Shown here: piece by piece, positions 1 to 10,694 of the stretch
Numbering within the stretch: the stretch's first letter is position 1
Layout of the letters: each line of letters opens with the position of its first letter
NCBI GenBank assembly: GCA_017609985.1
Contig: JAFCCW010000001.1
Span: forward strand, 32,001 to 96,000
Reading direction: 5' to 3'
Origin: Candidatus Iainarchaeum sp.
Lineage (GTDB): Archaea; Iainarchaeota; Iainarchaeia; Iainarchaeales; JAFCCW01
Length of the DNA: 64,000 nucleotides
Made by a program: the position numbers and the translations under genes
The notes under the pieces: generated by a model
What the model saw: only the letters and a program-made list of their open reading frames with translations
What the model was told of the DNA's origin: nothing
The model's database searches: none

Positions 1-600
1 TTGCTGTTAAACAATGCATTTGACAAAAACCACAAAACCTGTCTTGAAAAAAGAGAATTAAAGAATTTTTCAGTTTTTCTGGCAGCAATTGCTCTGGCAA
101 TAGCTCTGACAATCAGCACAGAAGTTGGTTTGTTGACCTTAGTGGCATTGATTAGCTCAACAGTTTATTCTTTGCCAAAGGGAATAAAACAAAAAACAGG
201 TTTTGCAAATAATTTCTTTCTTGCGGGAATTGCACTGCTCGAAGTTGGCACAGGATATTATTCACAGTTTCCAAAAACAGGTTTTCCAATAGAATATTGT
301 TTGCTTTTGATTATGGGGTTGGGACTTGCATTCAATGCAAAAGACCTAAAGGACTCAGAAGAAGACAAAAAAGAAGGAATCAGAACACTGCCTGTTTTAC
401 TGGGCTGGAAAAAATCAAAGATTTTTATTTCGGGACTGCTTGCCCTGGCTTATCTGCTGGTGCCAGTGTTCACAGGATTATTTTTTATGCAAGCAATTGT
501 GTTTGGAATTGCAAGCAGCATCATCTTTTACAAAACCGGAAACGAAAAAATATCCATTGTCTTATTTTTTGGTTTTTTGCTTTCCATTGCAATTGTGTGA
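1..600 (+). CDS. UbiA-family prenyltransferase (DGGGP synthase-like), 5'-truncated by window edge
   Basis: Multi-TM protein with Asp-rich motif KDLKDSEEDKKEGIRTLPVLLG. Confidence 0.7.
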   Translation: MLLNNAFDKNHKTCLEKRELKNFSVFLAAIALAIALTISTEVGLLTLVALISSTVYSLPKGIKQKTGFANNFFLAGIALLEVGTGYYSQFPKTGFPIEYCLLLIMGLGLAFNAKDLKDSEEDKKEGIRTLPVLLGWKKSKIFISGLLALAYLLVPVFTGLFFMQAIVFGIASSIIFYKTGNEKISIVLFFGFLLSIAIV

Positions 601-686
601 AGCTTGAATCAGTAAAAATCACAAAAAATGAAACAAAAAACTAGAAATAATAACACATATATACAAGAAAGAAAATAGTATAAGTT

Positions 687-1082
687 ATGCAAGAAAAAAG
701 AGGCCAAACATCGCTAGAATATCTAAGCACAGTGGGAATTATACTAATTGTGATAGCAGGACTTGTGAGCTATGCCTTTGTAATATACCCGGAATATGTT
801 CAGATAAGCACTATGAACAAAAGCCTTAGAACTTTGAAGAGTGCGGTAAACTCTGTTTACTCGCTCGGGCCAGGAAACTCGGAAACAATTGAAATTGAAA
901 TAACTTCCGGAATTCAGGGTTCAAGAGTATTCAATAATCTTCTGGAATTTACATACGATGACGGAGCAGTTACACAAATTCTCGTGACTCCAAATTTGCA
1001 CGGCACACTCCCAATTACCCGGGGCAGACATAATATTCTTGTAAAAGCAGTTGATGAAAATGTTTTGATTCAGGAGATTTAA
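687..1082 (+). CDS. Pilin-like protein with class III signal peptide
   Basis: KRG|QTSLEY followed by hydrophobic helix. Confidence 0.85.
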   Translation: MQEKRGQTSLEYLSTVGIILIVIAGLVSYAFVIYPEYVQISTMNKSLRTLKSAVNSVYSLGPGNSETIEIEITSGIQGSRVFNNLLEFTYDDGAVTQILVTPNLHGTLPITRGRHNILVKAVDENVLIQEI

Positions 1083-1448
1083 ATGAAACAAAAAAAAGGC
1101 CAGGTTGCCCTTGAAACAATAGCAGGAATTGGAATAATCCTTTTCATGTTCCTAATAGTTTCTGTTGACAGCCTGAACAAGTCAATAACTCAAGAAACTG
1201 TTGAAAATTTAGTGAAAGACGGAGCAAGATGCAGAACTATTGCTGAAAACATTACATCAGCCTATGTTCAAGGAAAATATTCAAAAATAGAAATTTCAAC
1301 AGAATTTGATGTGAATATTTTGGGGAACGAAGTCAGTGTCGGAAACACAACCTGTCCAGTTCTTGGAAGAGTACAGGACGCAGTACTTGAAAAAGGAATA
1401 ATTGTCTTGAAAAACAGTGACGGAATAGTGGTGCTGGAGAATGAATAA
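1083..1448 (+). CDS. Pilin-like protein with class III signal peptide
   Basis: KKG|QVALE followed by hydrophobic helix. Confidence 0.85.
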   Translation: MKQKKGQVALETIAGIGIILFMFLIVSVDSLNKSITQETVENLVKDGARCRTIAENITSAYVQGKYSKIEISTEFDVNILGNEVSVGNTTCPVLGRVQDAVLEKGIIVLKNSDGIVVLENE

Positions 1449-1923
1449 AAAAGGCCAAATCGCAACATATGACCTCTTGTTTGCAATAATCATATTTATG
1501 GGAATTTTTGTTTTAATGAACAGCATATGGGTGGAAAATTATTCCAATGCCATAAAAAAAGAAGAAACAAAAAGAATGCAATTCAGTGCAAAACAGGCAA
1601 TGAAAATATTTGTTGACTCTTCAGGATATCCCGCAGACTGGACTTCAGGAAACGTAGAAATACCAGGGCTGTTAAGAGAGTATGGAGCAAAAAAAATAAG
1701 CAATGAAAAAATAACAGAGCTTGCGGGAATGGACTATGATGCAATAAGGAGCTTGCTCAAAATAGAAGAATATGATTTTTTTCTGTCAATAGATGCTCTT
1801 GGCGAAAGCCATGACCAAAACATTGGAACTGTTGTTCCAGCAAACTCAAAAGCAGTACAGCTTGAGCGGGTTAGATACTATCAAGGAGGGGCTGCTTCAA
1901 TTGCACTCACACTTTTTAAATAG
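1441..1923 (+). CDS. Minor pilin-like protein
   Basis: KKG|QIATYD followed by hydrophobic helix; overlaps upstream gene. Confidence 0.8.
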   Translation: MNKKGQIATYDLLFAIIIFMGIFVLMNSIWVENYSNAIKKEETKRMQFSAKQAMKIFVDSSGYPADWTSGNVEIPGLLREYGAKKISNEKITELAGMDYDAIRSLLKIEEYDFFLSIDALGESHDQNIGTVVPANSKAVQLERVRYYQGGAASIALTLFK

Positions 1924-4249
1924 CAAAAAAGGATTTGTTTTTACAATGGAGGCAGTGATAGCTCTCTTGTTTGTCGCAGGATTTATTATAGTAGCAGCAT
2001 CAACCTCCACCCCAGTAAACGAAAGCACAAAAGAAACAGGTCTTGAATCAAAAGAGCTTCTTCAAGGAATTGCACTAGGCATTGATGTGAACGGGGTTGC
2101 ACTGGAAGTGCTTGACAGAAATGGAATAACTGCAACTGAGAAAATGAACATAATAAAAGGAATAATTGACTCAAGACTGCCAGCAAGTTTTGAATCAAGA
2201 ATAGAAATAAGACAATACGATTCAAATGTAGTAGAATGCAAAACAGGATTAAGCTTTGAAGACTGTTTCACAGAGCTTGGAACATTTCCAGCAACAGGAC
2301 AAGCAGTTCCGGAAGACAGAGCAGTCCATCACGAAAAGTTTATGATTGTAAAAAAACAGCCGCCGGCAATGTGTGAAATAAGAGCCGAGGCAATGAGCCT
2401 TGAAAAAGAATTAAGCATTGGAAACAAAAGTATTGAAGAAATTTTTCCAGAAATCTTTTTTGGAGAAACAAAAGTGAAAAATGAGGCAAAGGGAGAAACC
2501 CTGTTTTTTGCAGAAAACGATTTAAACATTATTTTCGGAGCCAGTATGACTCCAAGCGGAGACGTGGAATGTGATGAAACAATAAGAGTTGATTTGAATG
2601 CAACTGTCCCAGACTACGGAAGATTGCCAGCAGACATTGTGCTAGTGCTGGACATAAGTGGAAGCATGATAGATTTTATGAATTTTGGAAAATTTGGAGA
2701 CGGGTCCTTTAACAGCGGAACATACAACAAAGACTGGATGGGCTGCTATAATTATGGAAATTACCAGACATTGATGAGTTATGAAGCAACAGTTGAAAAC
2801 GAGTTAGCAGAAATAACTCCAAGCCCAGAACACAGATTTGGAGGAATAAGAATAAGGCTTGGAAACTATTCATACAGCGGAGACTGCTCCCGCCCAATTG
2901 TAAGACTTAGGTTTCCAGACAATTCAGTCGAAGATGATGGATCAAATGCTGTAACCTGGACAGAAATGCTGCCAGAGGGAACATATACAGTGGAGGGCTG
3001 GAGTGATGACCTGATAAATTATGATTTGAACATCGACATTCCAAAACTAAGGATTGCGAGAATTGCAGCAAAAACCTTTGTTGACCTCGCAGACTGGAAA
3101 AGTCAGGACCATATAGGACTGGTGTCCTATAGCGACACCACAGCAACAGAAGAAATTCTCACAAATGACAGAAACGCAATAAAAGATGCACTTGACGATC
3201 TTAGAACTGGGGGCGGCACAGCAACAGGAGAAGGAATTTATGAAGCAACAGACGAACTTCAAGAGCCTTCAACAGGACACGGCAGAGCAGGAGCAATGTC
3301 CTTCCAGATACTTCTTTCAGACGGGCAGACAAACTCAGGAAGAAGCTCTTCAGGAGCAGCAACAGATGCTGCAAGCAAAGACATCATAATCTACACAATA
3401 GGGTTTGGAGAAGATGCAGACGAAACAGAGCTTGGAAACATTGCAAGCATTACAGGCGGAGAATATTATTATGCTCAAGACATCAACATATTGAATGACG
3501 TGTATGAGCTAATAGCTCTTCAAATAGGGGCTGATTTAAGCCAGACAGAACCAGAAGTAGCCTATGATTCAAACATAAGTATTCCAATTCCAGAATGGGC
3601 AGAAGTAACAGATTTGGGTGGAGGAACAATTGTAGAAAAAGCAGACGGAAACTATCTTGAATTTGATATAGGGCTTTTAAATGCAGACAACCCGTGGACA
3701 GGATATTTTGAAATAAATTTTCCATGCAACAATGAAAATGCCTGCGCAACAAGCCAGCTAACTTTTCCCCCAGACGGAACAAAATTTGGTTATGATGATG
3801 GAGACGGAATTCCACAAGACCTGATAAACTTTGACGAGAATATTACTGTAAACTTCAAGTACAGGGATTTGGCAATAAAAGTGAATACTGCAGAATTGAT
3901 TGGAGACAATATGATAAAACTGGATGTGAATGTGTGGAACAATGGCTGGCTTTCATCAAACGCAAGCTATCTAGACTTTTACCTGCACGACCCAATAACT
4001 GGAAACTTTATTAAACAAGAAACAGTCAATGCATTTTGCGCAGGAAAAGACCCAGCCTGCTCAAACTATATCCAGCTGTTCATAGATCAGGATATTGGAA
4101 CAGAAGGATTTATTTATGCAATCGTCAACAGGGACGGAGCAATTTCAGAATGTCCAAACAACAATGTTGTAGAAATATACTGTTACGGCGGTTCAAAAAC
4201 CCAGTACTATCTGATGGAGCTATGGATCTGGAGAAAGGGGGCAGAATAA
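1901..4249 (+). CDS. Large pilin-like adhesin with vWA domain
   Basis: KKG|FVFTME signal, MIDAS DISGS, GGGTATG, LLSDG, IYTIGFG. Start moved to TTG 1901 (GGAGG at 1885); ORF is open from 1793. Confidence 0.8.
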   Translation: MHSHFLNSKKGFVFTMEAVIALLFVAGFIIVAASTSTPVNESTKETGLESKELLQGIALGIDVNGVALEVLDRNGITATEKMNIIKGIIDSRLPASFESRIEIRQYDSNVVECKTGLSFEDCFTELGTFPATGQAVPEDRAVHHEKFMIVKKQPPAMCEIRAEAMSLEKELSIGNKSIEEIFPEIFFGETKVKNEAKGETLFFAENDLNIIFGASMTPSGDVECDETIRVDLNATVPDYGRLPADIVLVLDISGSMIDFMNFGKFGDGSFNSGTYNKDWMGCYNYGNYQTLMSYEATVENELAEITPSPEHRFGGIRIRLGNYSYSGDCSRPIVRLRFPDNSVEDDGSNAVTWTEMLPEGTYTVEGWSDDLINYDLNIDIPKLRIARIAAKTFVDLADWKSQDHIGLVSYSDTTATEEILTNDRNAIKDALDDLRTGGGTATGEGIYEATDELQEPSTGHGRAGAMSFQILLSDGQTNSGRSSSGAATDAASKDIIIYTIGFGEDADETELGNIASITGGEYYYAQDINILNDVYELIALQIGADLSQTEPEVAYDSNISIPIPEWAEVTDLGGGTIVEKADGNYLEFDIGLLNADNPWTGYFEINFPCNNENACATSQLTFPPDGTKFGYDDGDGIPQDLINFDENITVNFKYRDLAIKVNTAELIGDNMIKLDVNVWNNGWLSSNASYLDFYLHDPITGNFIKQETVNAFCAGKDPACSNYIQLFIDQDIGTEGFIYAIVNRDGAISECPNNNVVEIYCYGGSKTQYYLMELWIWRKGAE

Positions 4250-5230
4250 ATGAATCAGAAAGGAATGATGTTTACCCTAATGGCTCTATTTTTGGTTCTT
4301 GGAATAATTGCATTCAACGAAGACTCTATGAGCAAATGGATGCTTGAAAGCGAATCAACAAAATCAATAGATATTTCATCAGTAGAAAACAAGTACGCAA
4401 ACATAATGGAAACCGTGATTCTCCTGCACACAAACAGCTACAGAAAAGAAATTGATGAAAGAAACATTCCGTTTACGTATCTTTGGGCAGAAGACAGCAA
4501 TTCAATAGAAATAAAGCAAAACATTCCCCTGAACACTGTTGATCTTGAAAACTATTTCAATTTTATAAACATATACAATTTTTATCTCTCAGACAACAAC
4601 TACAACAATGTATTTGACGGGCTCGAAATTGATATGAATTCAATAAAGAATGCTCCCTGGGGAGGAACAACTGAAGAACTTCGTTTTTTGGTAAAGCCCT
4701 TTTGTTATCAATACAGAGTAAATGGCGAAGAAGAAATGATACTAGAGGAAGCAAAAACAAAAAAATGTTCAGGAGTGTTTGTTCAATCAAACATTGCCAG
4801 ATTTGACATAACCGTAGCAGTAAGAAATTTTGAAGAAGATTTCAATGTGATTAGCTGCAGTGGAGGCGCATGCCCGGAAGACGCGTTCAATCCCGCAAGC
4901 ACAGACCCATACTATAGGATAGAAATAAACGATGAAAACTGCGGAAACTGCAACTTGAGCCAGAAAGTGATAAGCAAACACTTTGCATGGGGCTCAGATA
5001 ACAACATAACTATTTACAACGACGGGGGCTCACCAGAGTCAACAGAAGTAAAAATAAGAATTAAAGACGATGTAAACATAAGCCGGTATGGAGAAAAAAG
5101 CATTGAAATAAGACTTAAAACAGAATTTGAAGAAGACATAAAGTCTTTTGAATTTCTTGACTTCAACTACACTGTGTACAGCAGGGACGGAAAAGTGAGA
5201 AAATCAAACAATCCGCTAGCAATTGAATAA
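4250..5230 (+). CDS. Pilin-like/secreted protein of the pilus operon
   Basis: QKG|MMFTL followed by hydrophobic helix; abuts upstream stop. Confidence 0.7.
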   Translation: MNQKGMMFTLMALFLVLGIIAFNEDSMSKWMLESESTKSIDISSVENKYANIMETVILLHTNSYRKEIDERNIPFTYLWAEDSNSIEIKQNIPLNTVDLENYFNFINIYNFYLSDNNYNNVFDGLEIDMNSIKNAPWGGTTEELRFLVKPFCYQYRVNGEEEMILEEAKTKKCSGVFVQSNIARFDITVAVRNFEEDFNVISCSGGACPEDAFNPASTDPYYRIEINDENCGNCNLSQKVISKHFAWGSDNNITIYNDGGSPESTEVKIRIKDDVNISRYGEKSIEIRLKTEFEEDIKSFEFLDFNYTVYSRDGKVRKSNNPLAIE

Positions 5231-5331
5231 ACACAAGAAAAATAAAAACTTAAAAATAAAAACTTAAAAATTAAAAATAAGAAAAATTAAAATAGGGAGA
5301 AAAAACAAATTAAAGAAACACAAGTGATTGA

Positions 5332-6237
5332 ATGAAAATACTTGAAGCCCACGAAATAACAAAATGCTTTGAAGACAAAAAAGCAGTTGACACTGTTTCG
5401 CTCTCGGTCAACAAAGGCGACTTTTTTGGACTGCTTGGGCCAAACGGGGCAGGAAAAACAACTCTTGTTAGAATCCTCATGAGCTTGAGAAACTATGATT
5501 CTGGAAAAATATGGCTGTTTGGAAAAGAAAAATTTGGAGAAGAACTTCTTGAAAAAATAGGGTATCTTCCGGAAGAAAAAGGACTTTACGAAGAAAACAC
5601 AGGAATTGAAAACATTTGTTATATTGCTTCGCTTAAAGGAATCAAAAAAGAACAAGCAGAAACAGAGGGAAGAAAGCTTCTTGAAAAAATTAAAATGGAA
5701 GAATATGCAGATAAAAAAGTAAAAAAAATGAGCAAAGGAACAAGACAAAAAATACAGCTCGTGGCAACACTCGTGCACGACCCACAGCTTTTAGTGCTTG
5801 ACGAACCATTCTCGGGACTCGACCCATACAGTGTAAAGCTCATAAAAAGACTGTTGCTGGAGCTTCACAGCAAAGGTAAGACAATAGTGCTGAGCACCCA
5901 CCTAATAAATACAGTTGAAGAAATGTGCACGCGAATTTTAATGGTGAACAATGGAAGAAGAATGCTTTATGGAGACATTGATGATGTGAAAGAAAGATAT
6001 GCACAAAACTCAATTGTTGTTGAAACAAGCTCGGAAATAAAAGATTTAGAGGGTGCGGACCATATTGAAAGATACGGAAGCAATGTAGAAATAGCAATAA
6101 ATGTTACAAAAACACCAGAAGACATACTAGAAGAACTTTTGAAAAGAAAAATAAAGATTTCAAAATATGAAGTAAAAGAACTTTCACTGAATTCTATTTT
6201 TATAAAACTTGTGGAGGCAGAACAATGGATAAAGTAG
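5332..6237 (+). CDS. ABC transporter ATP-binding subunit (ABC-2 type)
   Basis: Walker A GPNGAGKT, signature MSKG, Walker B LLVLDEP. Confidence 0.92.
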   Translation: MKILEAHEITKCFEDKKAVDTVSLSVNKGDFFGLLGPNGAGKTTLVRILMSLRNYDSGKIWLFGKEKFGEELLEKIGYLPEEKGLYEENTGIENICYIASLKGIKKEQAETEGRKLLEKIKMEEYADKKVKKMSKGTRQKIQLVATLVHDPQLLVLDEPFSGLDPYSVKLIKRLLLELHSKGKTIVLSTHLINTVEEMCTRILMVNNGRRMLYGDIDDVKERYAQNSIVVETSSEIKDLEGADHIERYGSNVEIAINVTKTPEDILEELLKRKIKISKYEVKELSLNSIFIKLVEAEQWIK

Positions 6238-7088
6238 TCAGCATTCTAAAACACGAGTTTATGACAAACTTCAAAAGAACAGAATACAAGTTTCTGACAT
6301 TCTTAATTCCAGGACTTTTTCTGCTGGCAGGAGCATCCACTCTGTTAATAGATCAAACACAAACAGCAGCAATTCTAAGCACGTTTTCTTCACAAAATAT
6401 TTTCTTCACAATTCCAATGAGTTTTGCAATGATTTTCGGACTGACTATTCTGACATCATCTGGATTTTTGCTGAATGGAATGGCAAAAGAAAAAGAAAAC
6501 AGGTTAATGGAAGTAATGCTTACTTCAATAAGTTTCAAAAAAATACTGCTTGGAAAAATTATAGGGCTAGGTTTGCTTGGATTGGTTCAAGTAACAGCAT
6601 GGCTTGCATCAATAGCAATTGTTTTCCTACTCTTTATCCCGCCAACGATAGGAACAGGAATAAATCTTCCAGGACTCGGAACACTGGCTTTTTTTGCAGC
6701 AATATATTTTTTCACAGGATATCTCTTTTTTGCATCACTTCTCGCAGGAATCGGAGCACTGGCAAATGACTTGAGGCAAGCACAACAAATCGGTTCACTC
6801 ATAACTGTTTTTGCACTGTTGCCTGCGTGGTCATCAATAATGCTTGTCTCAGCATCAAACTCGCTTGCAGCAAAAGCAATGAGTTATTTTCCAGTGACTG
6901 CGCCAGTGACAATGATAATTAGAATTTTTCTCGGAGGAGTTGAAACAGGAGAAATAGCCATAAGCATTGTCTCCCTGCTTGTTTCAACAATAGCAGTCAT
7001 ACTTGTTTCAGGTTATCTGTTCAAATCAGATTCACTCATAAAAGATATTGAAAAACAGATGCAAAAAGCAGGAAACAAAGCTGAATAA
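6225..7088 (+). CDS. ABC-2 family permease
   Basis: EKENRLMEVMLTS...LLGKI motif, multiple TM helices. Confidence 0.85.
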   Translation: MDKVVSILKHEFMTNFKRTEYKFLTFLIPGLFLLAGASTLLIDQTQTAAILSTFSSQNIFFTIPMSFAMIFGLTILTSSGFLLNGMAKEKENRLMEVMLTSISFKKILLGKIIGLGLLGLVQVTAWLASIAIVFLLFIPPTIGTGINLPGLGTLAFFAAIYFFTGYLFFASLLAGIGALANDLRQAQQIGSLITVFALLPAWSSIMLVSASNSLAAKAMSYFPVTAPVTMIIRIFLGGVETGEIAISIVSLLVSTIAVILVSGYLFKSDSLIKDIEKQMQKAGNKAE

Positions 7089-7177
7089 GAACCAGGAATA
7101 AAAATTCAAAGGAAGGTTTATTAAAAAGAAATAATATAAAAAGAAGGGGAACAGCTCAAAAAGACAGGCGTGGCTAA

Positions 7178-9199
7178 ATGACAAAAAACAAAAGAAAAAA
7201 ACAAGGATTCTTTCAAAGACTCTTCTTAAACAGGATATTCAAAAGGATGAGAAAACTTTTGGGAAAAAGTGAAAACAAGCAAGACAAGGAGATGAAAAAA
7301 TATGTTGAAAGCGAACTTGACAAGATTTCAAAAGTACACAATTTAAGCAAAAAGGCAGAAGAGGAAAGAATACAGGCATTGAGTGAAAAAGTTGAAAAGC
7401 ATGTTCAAAAAGAGAAAGCAGGAAAAGCAAGAGTTCCCCTGAAACCAATACTTGAATCAAGAATAAAAAATGAGAAAACAAAAGAAACTGAAAAATCAAT
7501 GAAAGAAACAGGTCTGAAAACGAAAACAACTAAACTGAAAACAGCAACAAAGACAAAAAAAGCCAAGTCACGAAAAAAGAAAATAAGTGCGAAACCAAAG
7601 AGAAAAGAAAAAAAAATAACCAGTAAAAAAAAGACTGTTAAAAAAGCAAGTGTTTCAAAAAAGAAAAAAAAGAAACCAGCGAAAAAAGATACTGAAATTA
7701 CTGCAAAGCAAAAAGATGTAAAAGAAATCAAAGAAGAGCTTAGAAAACTTAGAAAAAGCCAGCCAAAGGATTCTGGTTCAAAACAAAAAATAAAAAAGCT
7801 TGAAGAAAAACTTAAAAATCTTAAATTAAACTCTGTTGAAAAAGAAAGATACCAAAAAATGCAGAAAAAACTGCTTCAAGGATTTGAAAAAGTTGTAAAA
7901 CAACAAAAGATTCCTTCAATTCAGATAATTTTAAACCAATTGCAAAACGCGGAAACACCAGACGAAAAAATAAAACATTACAAAGAACTTTTGAAAAGAG
8001 CAAAATATGAATATTACAAAATGAATCTTTCGCCAGACCAATACAAGAGAATGGTTCTTGAATATGATCACGGAATAAGAGAACAGTTGATTGAAAAAAA
8101 AGTCAAGAAAAAAGAATCAAAAAAGAAAGGAAAAAATAAGACTCAAAAAATCACTGTAAAGGTTACTAAATCAAAACAAAAAACCAGCAGAAGCCCGCCT
8201 TTTCAGATAGATGTTGGAAAGGCAGTGGAAGCCCAACAGCAGCCAGTTCCCGAACCAAAACAAGCAAGAGAAATTCCAGAACCGCCTGCAAAAGAACAAG
8301 AGCCTGTTCCAAGAAAGCGCGAAGAACGAGAAAAGAGCGAATTTTCCAAGGAAGATCCAAAACCAGAGAAACCAGTTAAAATTCAAAAACCATTTAAACA
8401 AGTCAAACAAGAAATTCAAAAACAAAAAATAATGCCCGCGGCAGCAGAAAAGCCTGCTGAAACTAAAAAAACTCGCGAGAATGGAAAAATTAATGAAATA
8501 AAGGAACTGTTTAAAGATGATGAAGAAGAAAAAAGATCAGAACCAGGAGCAGCAACAATTAGTGCTGAAAGAAGAGACCAAAAAATTCAGGCAATGGTCA
8601 GAGAACACTCTCCCGAAATGACACAAGACCAATCAAGAGAAATTGAAAACAAAATACAAGAAGCAATGAAAAAATATGAAGTAAGCCATAAAGAAATAAG
8701 CCAACACCTGTCCCATGTTGAATCAAACAATCTTGTTCAAGACTTTGACAAGCTTATTGGAATGATTGAAAAAGACAGAGGAATTAACCGAGGAAGCGTT
8801 GTAAGGCACGAAGTTATTCCTGACATGCCGAAAGGATTTGAAGCAAAAAAAGAAGAAAAAGCAGTGAGCAAAGAAATCAAAGAATTTCAAGTTGAAACAG
8901 ACTATGACAGAATTATGAATATTGTGCAAGAAAAAGGCTCAGCAAGCGGAAAAGAAATAGCAAAACTGCTCAACATCACTCCTGCAGAAGTAAAAGAAAG
9001 AAGCCAAGTGCTGGAAGACAGTGGATTAATCAAGCTAGAGTATCCCGCAATAGGGGGAATAAGAATAGTTGATCCTGAAAAAGAAAAAAAAGACAAAGAA
9101 CTGAAAGAAAAGGAAAAAAAAGACAAGGAAGAAACAGCGCTGAAAGCAAAACAAAAAAAAGAAAAAAAGGGGGAAAAGGAAAATGATGCAAAAGCATGA
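7178..9199 (+). CDS. Large Lys/Glu-rich protein with C-terminal winged-helix-like domain
   Basis: Long ORF; KEIAKLLNITPAEVKERSQVLEDSGLIKLEY wHTH pattern; overlaps ATPase start. Confidence 0.6.
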   Translation: MTKNKRKKQGFFQRLFLNRIFKRMRKLLGKSENKQDKEMKKYVESELDKISKVHNLSKKAEEERIQALSEKVEKHVQKEKAGKARVPLKPILESRIKNEKTKETEKSMKETGLKTKTTKLKTATKTKKAKSRKKKISAKPKRKEKKITSKKKTVKKASVSKKKKKKPAKKDTEITAKQKDVKEIKEELRKLRKSQPKDSGSKQKIKKLEEKLKNLKLNSVEKERYQKMQKKLLQGFEKVVKQQKIPSIQIILNQLQNAETPDEKIKHYKELLKRAKYEYYKMNLSPDQYKRMVLEYDHGIREQLIEKKVKKKESKKKGKNKTQKITVKVTKSKQKTSRSPPFQIDVGKAVEAQQQPVPEPKQAREIPEPPAKEQEPVPRKREEREKSEFSKEDPKPEKPVKIQKPFKQVKQEIQKQKIMPAAAEKPAETKKTRENGKINEIKELFKDDEEEKRSEPGAATISAERRDQKIQAMVREHSPEMTQDQSREIENKIQEAMKKYEVSHKEISQHLSHVESNNLVQDFDKLIGMIEKDRGINRGSVVRHEVIPDMPKGFEAKKEEKAVSKEIKEFQVETDYDRIMNIVQEKGSASGKEIAKLLNITPAEVKERSQVLEDSGLIKLEYPAIGGIRIVDPEKEKKDKELKEKEKKDKEETALKAKQKKEKKGEKENDAKA

Positions 9200-10694
9200 T
9201 GTTCTCGAATCCTATTCAGTAAACTTGGAAGAAATTGAGATTGAAATACACATCATTGAAGAAAAAAAAGAATTTGTAAGACAATACTACTTAAATCTCC
9301 CTCATTTTGGAGCAGGAACAGAGGCTTTGCTGAAAAGACTTAAAACAGGAATTTTGTCAGAAACAAATATTCAAATAGAAAGAAGCCTTGATGCAGAATT
9401 TATCAAAAAAGTAAAAAATAGTTTCAGAGAAAGAGCATTTACAATTCTTAAAAAAGAAATTCCTGACGCAGACGAAAAAACAATGAAAACAATTGTTGCA
9501 GTGCTGTTGCAGGAAATGCTTGGACTAGGCCCAATAGAATTTATGCTTGCAGACCCAAATCTTGAAGAAATAGTAGTAAATCAAAGCAAAGAACCAGTAT
9601 GGGTATACCATAAAAAATACGGCTGGCTGAGAACAAATATTTCAATCAAGCCAGAAGAAGAAATAGAAAACTATGCAAATATTATTGCGAGAAGAGTTGG
9701 AAAACAAGTTACAACACTTAACCCGCTGCTTGACGCGCACTTGGTAACAGGAGACAGAGCAAACGCAACGCTTTTTCCAATTTCAACAAAAGGAAACACA
9801 ATAACCATAAGAAGATTTAGAAGAGACCCCTGGACTGTAACAGATTTCATAAAAAACAAAACAACTTCCAGCGAACTAATGGCACTCATCTGGACAGCAA
9901 TGCAGTATGAAATGAATATTGTGCTAAGCGGAGGAACAGCTTCAGGAAAAACATCATTCATGAATATTTGCATGCCTTTTATTCAGCCAAACCACAGAGT
10001 AATAAGCATTGAAGACACCAGAGAAATGCAACTTCCAGAATACCTGCATTGGGTTCCACTGACTACAAGAGAGCCAAATGCAGAAGGCAAGGGCGGAGTA
10101 AAAATGCTTGACCTGCTTGTAAACAGTCTAAGAATGAGACCTGACAGAATAATTGTCGGAGAAATTAGAAGACAAAGAGAAGCAGAAGTCTTGTTTGAAG
10201 CAATGCACACAGGACACAGCGCATACACTACATTTCACGCAACAACAGCAGAAGAAACAGTCAGAAGGCTAACAAATCCCCCTATTCTTGTGCCACCATC
10301 AATGCTTGACGCAATTCACCTGAATGTAGTAATGTTCAGGAACAGAAGACTAGGAGTTAGAAGAGTATTGCAGGTTGGAGAAATTTTAACAGAAAGAAGA
10401 GGAGAAACAGAGTCAGTTAAGGCAAATGTTCTTTATAGATGGAAACCAACAGACGACACAATAAGCAAACACTCAGATTCAATAAGACTCTATGATGAAC
10501 TAGGTCTGCACACTGGACTCAGCTACAAAGAAATCGAACAAGAACTTGAAAAAAAGAAAAAAATACTTGACTATATGGTAAAGAATGATATTCACGCAAT
10601 AGGAGAAGTAGGAGCAATCATGGCAAAATTCTACATGGATGAAAAAGAAGTAGTATCAATGGTTGAAAAAAACAAAAAAATGGAGATTGAATGA
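9183..10694 (+). CDS. Type IV pilus assembly ATPase (PilB/FlaI/TadA family)
   Basis: GGTASGKT, SIEDTRE, LRMRPDRIIVGEIR, AMHTGH. Confidence 0.93.
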   Translation: MMQKHDVLESYSVNLEEIEIEIHIIEEKKEFVRQYYLNLPHFGAGTEALLKRLKTGILSETNIQIERSLDAEFIKKVKNSFRERAFTILKKEIPDADEKTMKTIVAVLLQEMLGLGPIEFMLADPNLEEIVVNQSKEPVWVYHKKYGWLRTNISIKPEEEIENYANIIARRVGKQVTTLNPLLDAHLVTGDRANATLFPISTKGNTITIRRFRRDPWTVTDFIKNKTTSSELMALIWTAMQYEMNIVLSGGTASGKTSFMNICMPFIQPNHRVISIEDTREMQLPEYLHWVPLTTREPNAEGKGGVKMLDLLVNSLRMRPDRIIVGEIRRQREAEVLFEAMHTGHSAYTTFHATTAEETVRRLTNPPILVPPSMLDAIHLNVVMFRNRRLGVRRVLQVGEILTERRGETESVKANVLYRWKPTDDTISKHSDSIRLYDELGLHTGLSYKEIEQELEKKKKILDYMVKNDIHAIGEVGAIMAKFYMDEKEVVSMVEKNKKMEIE

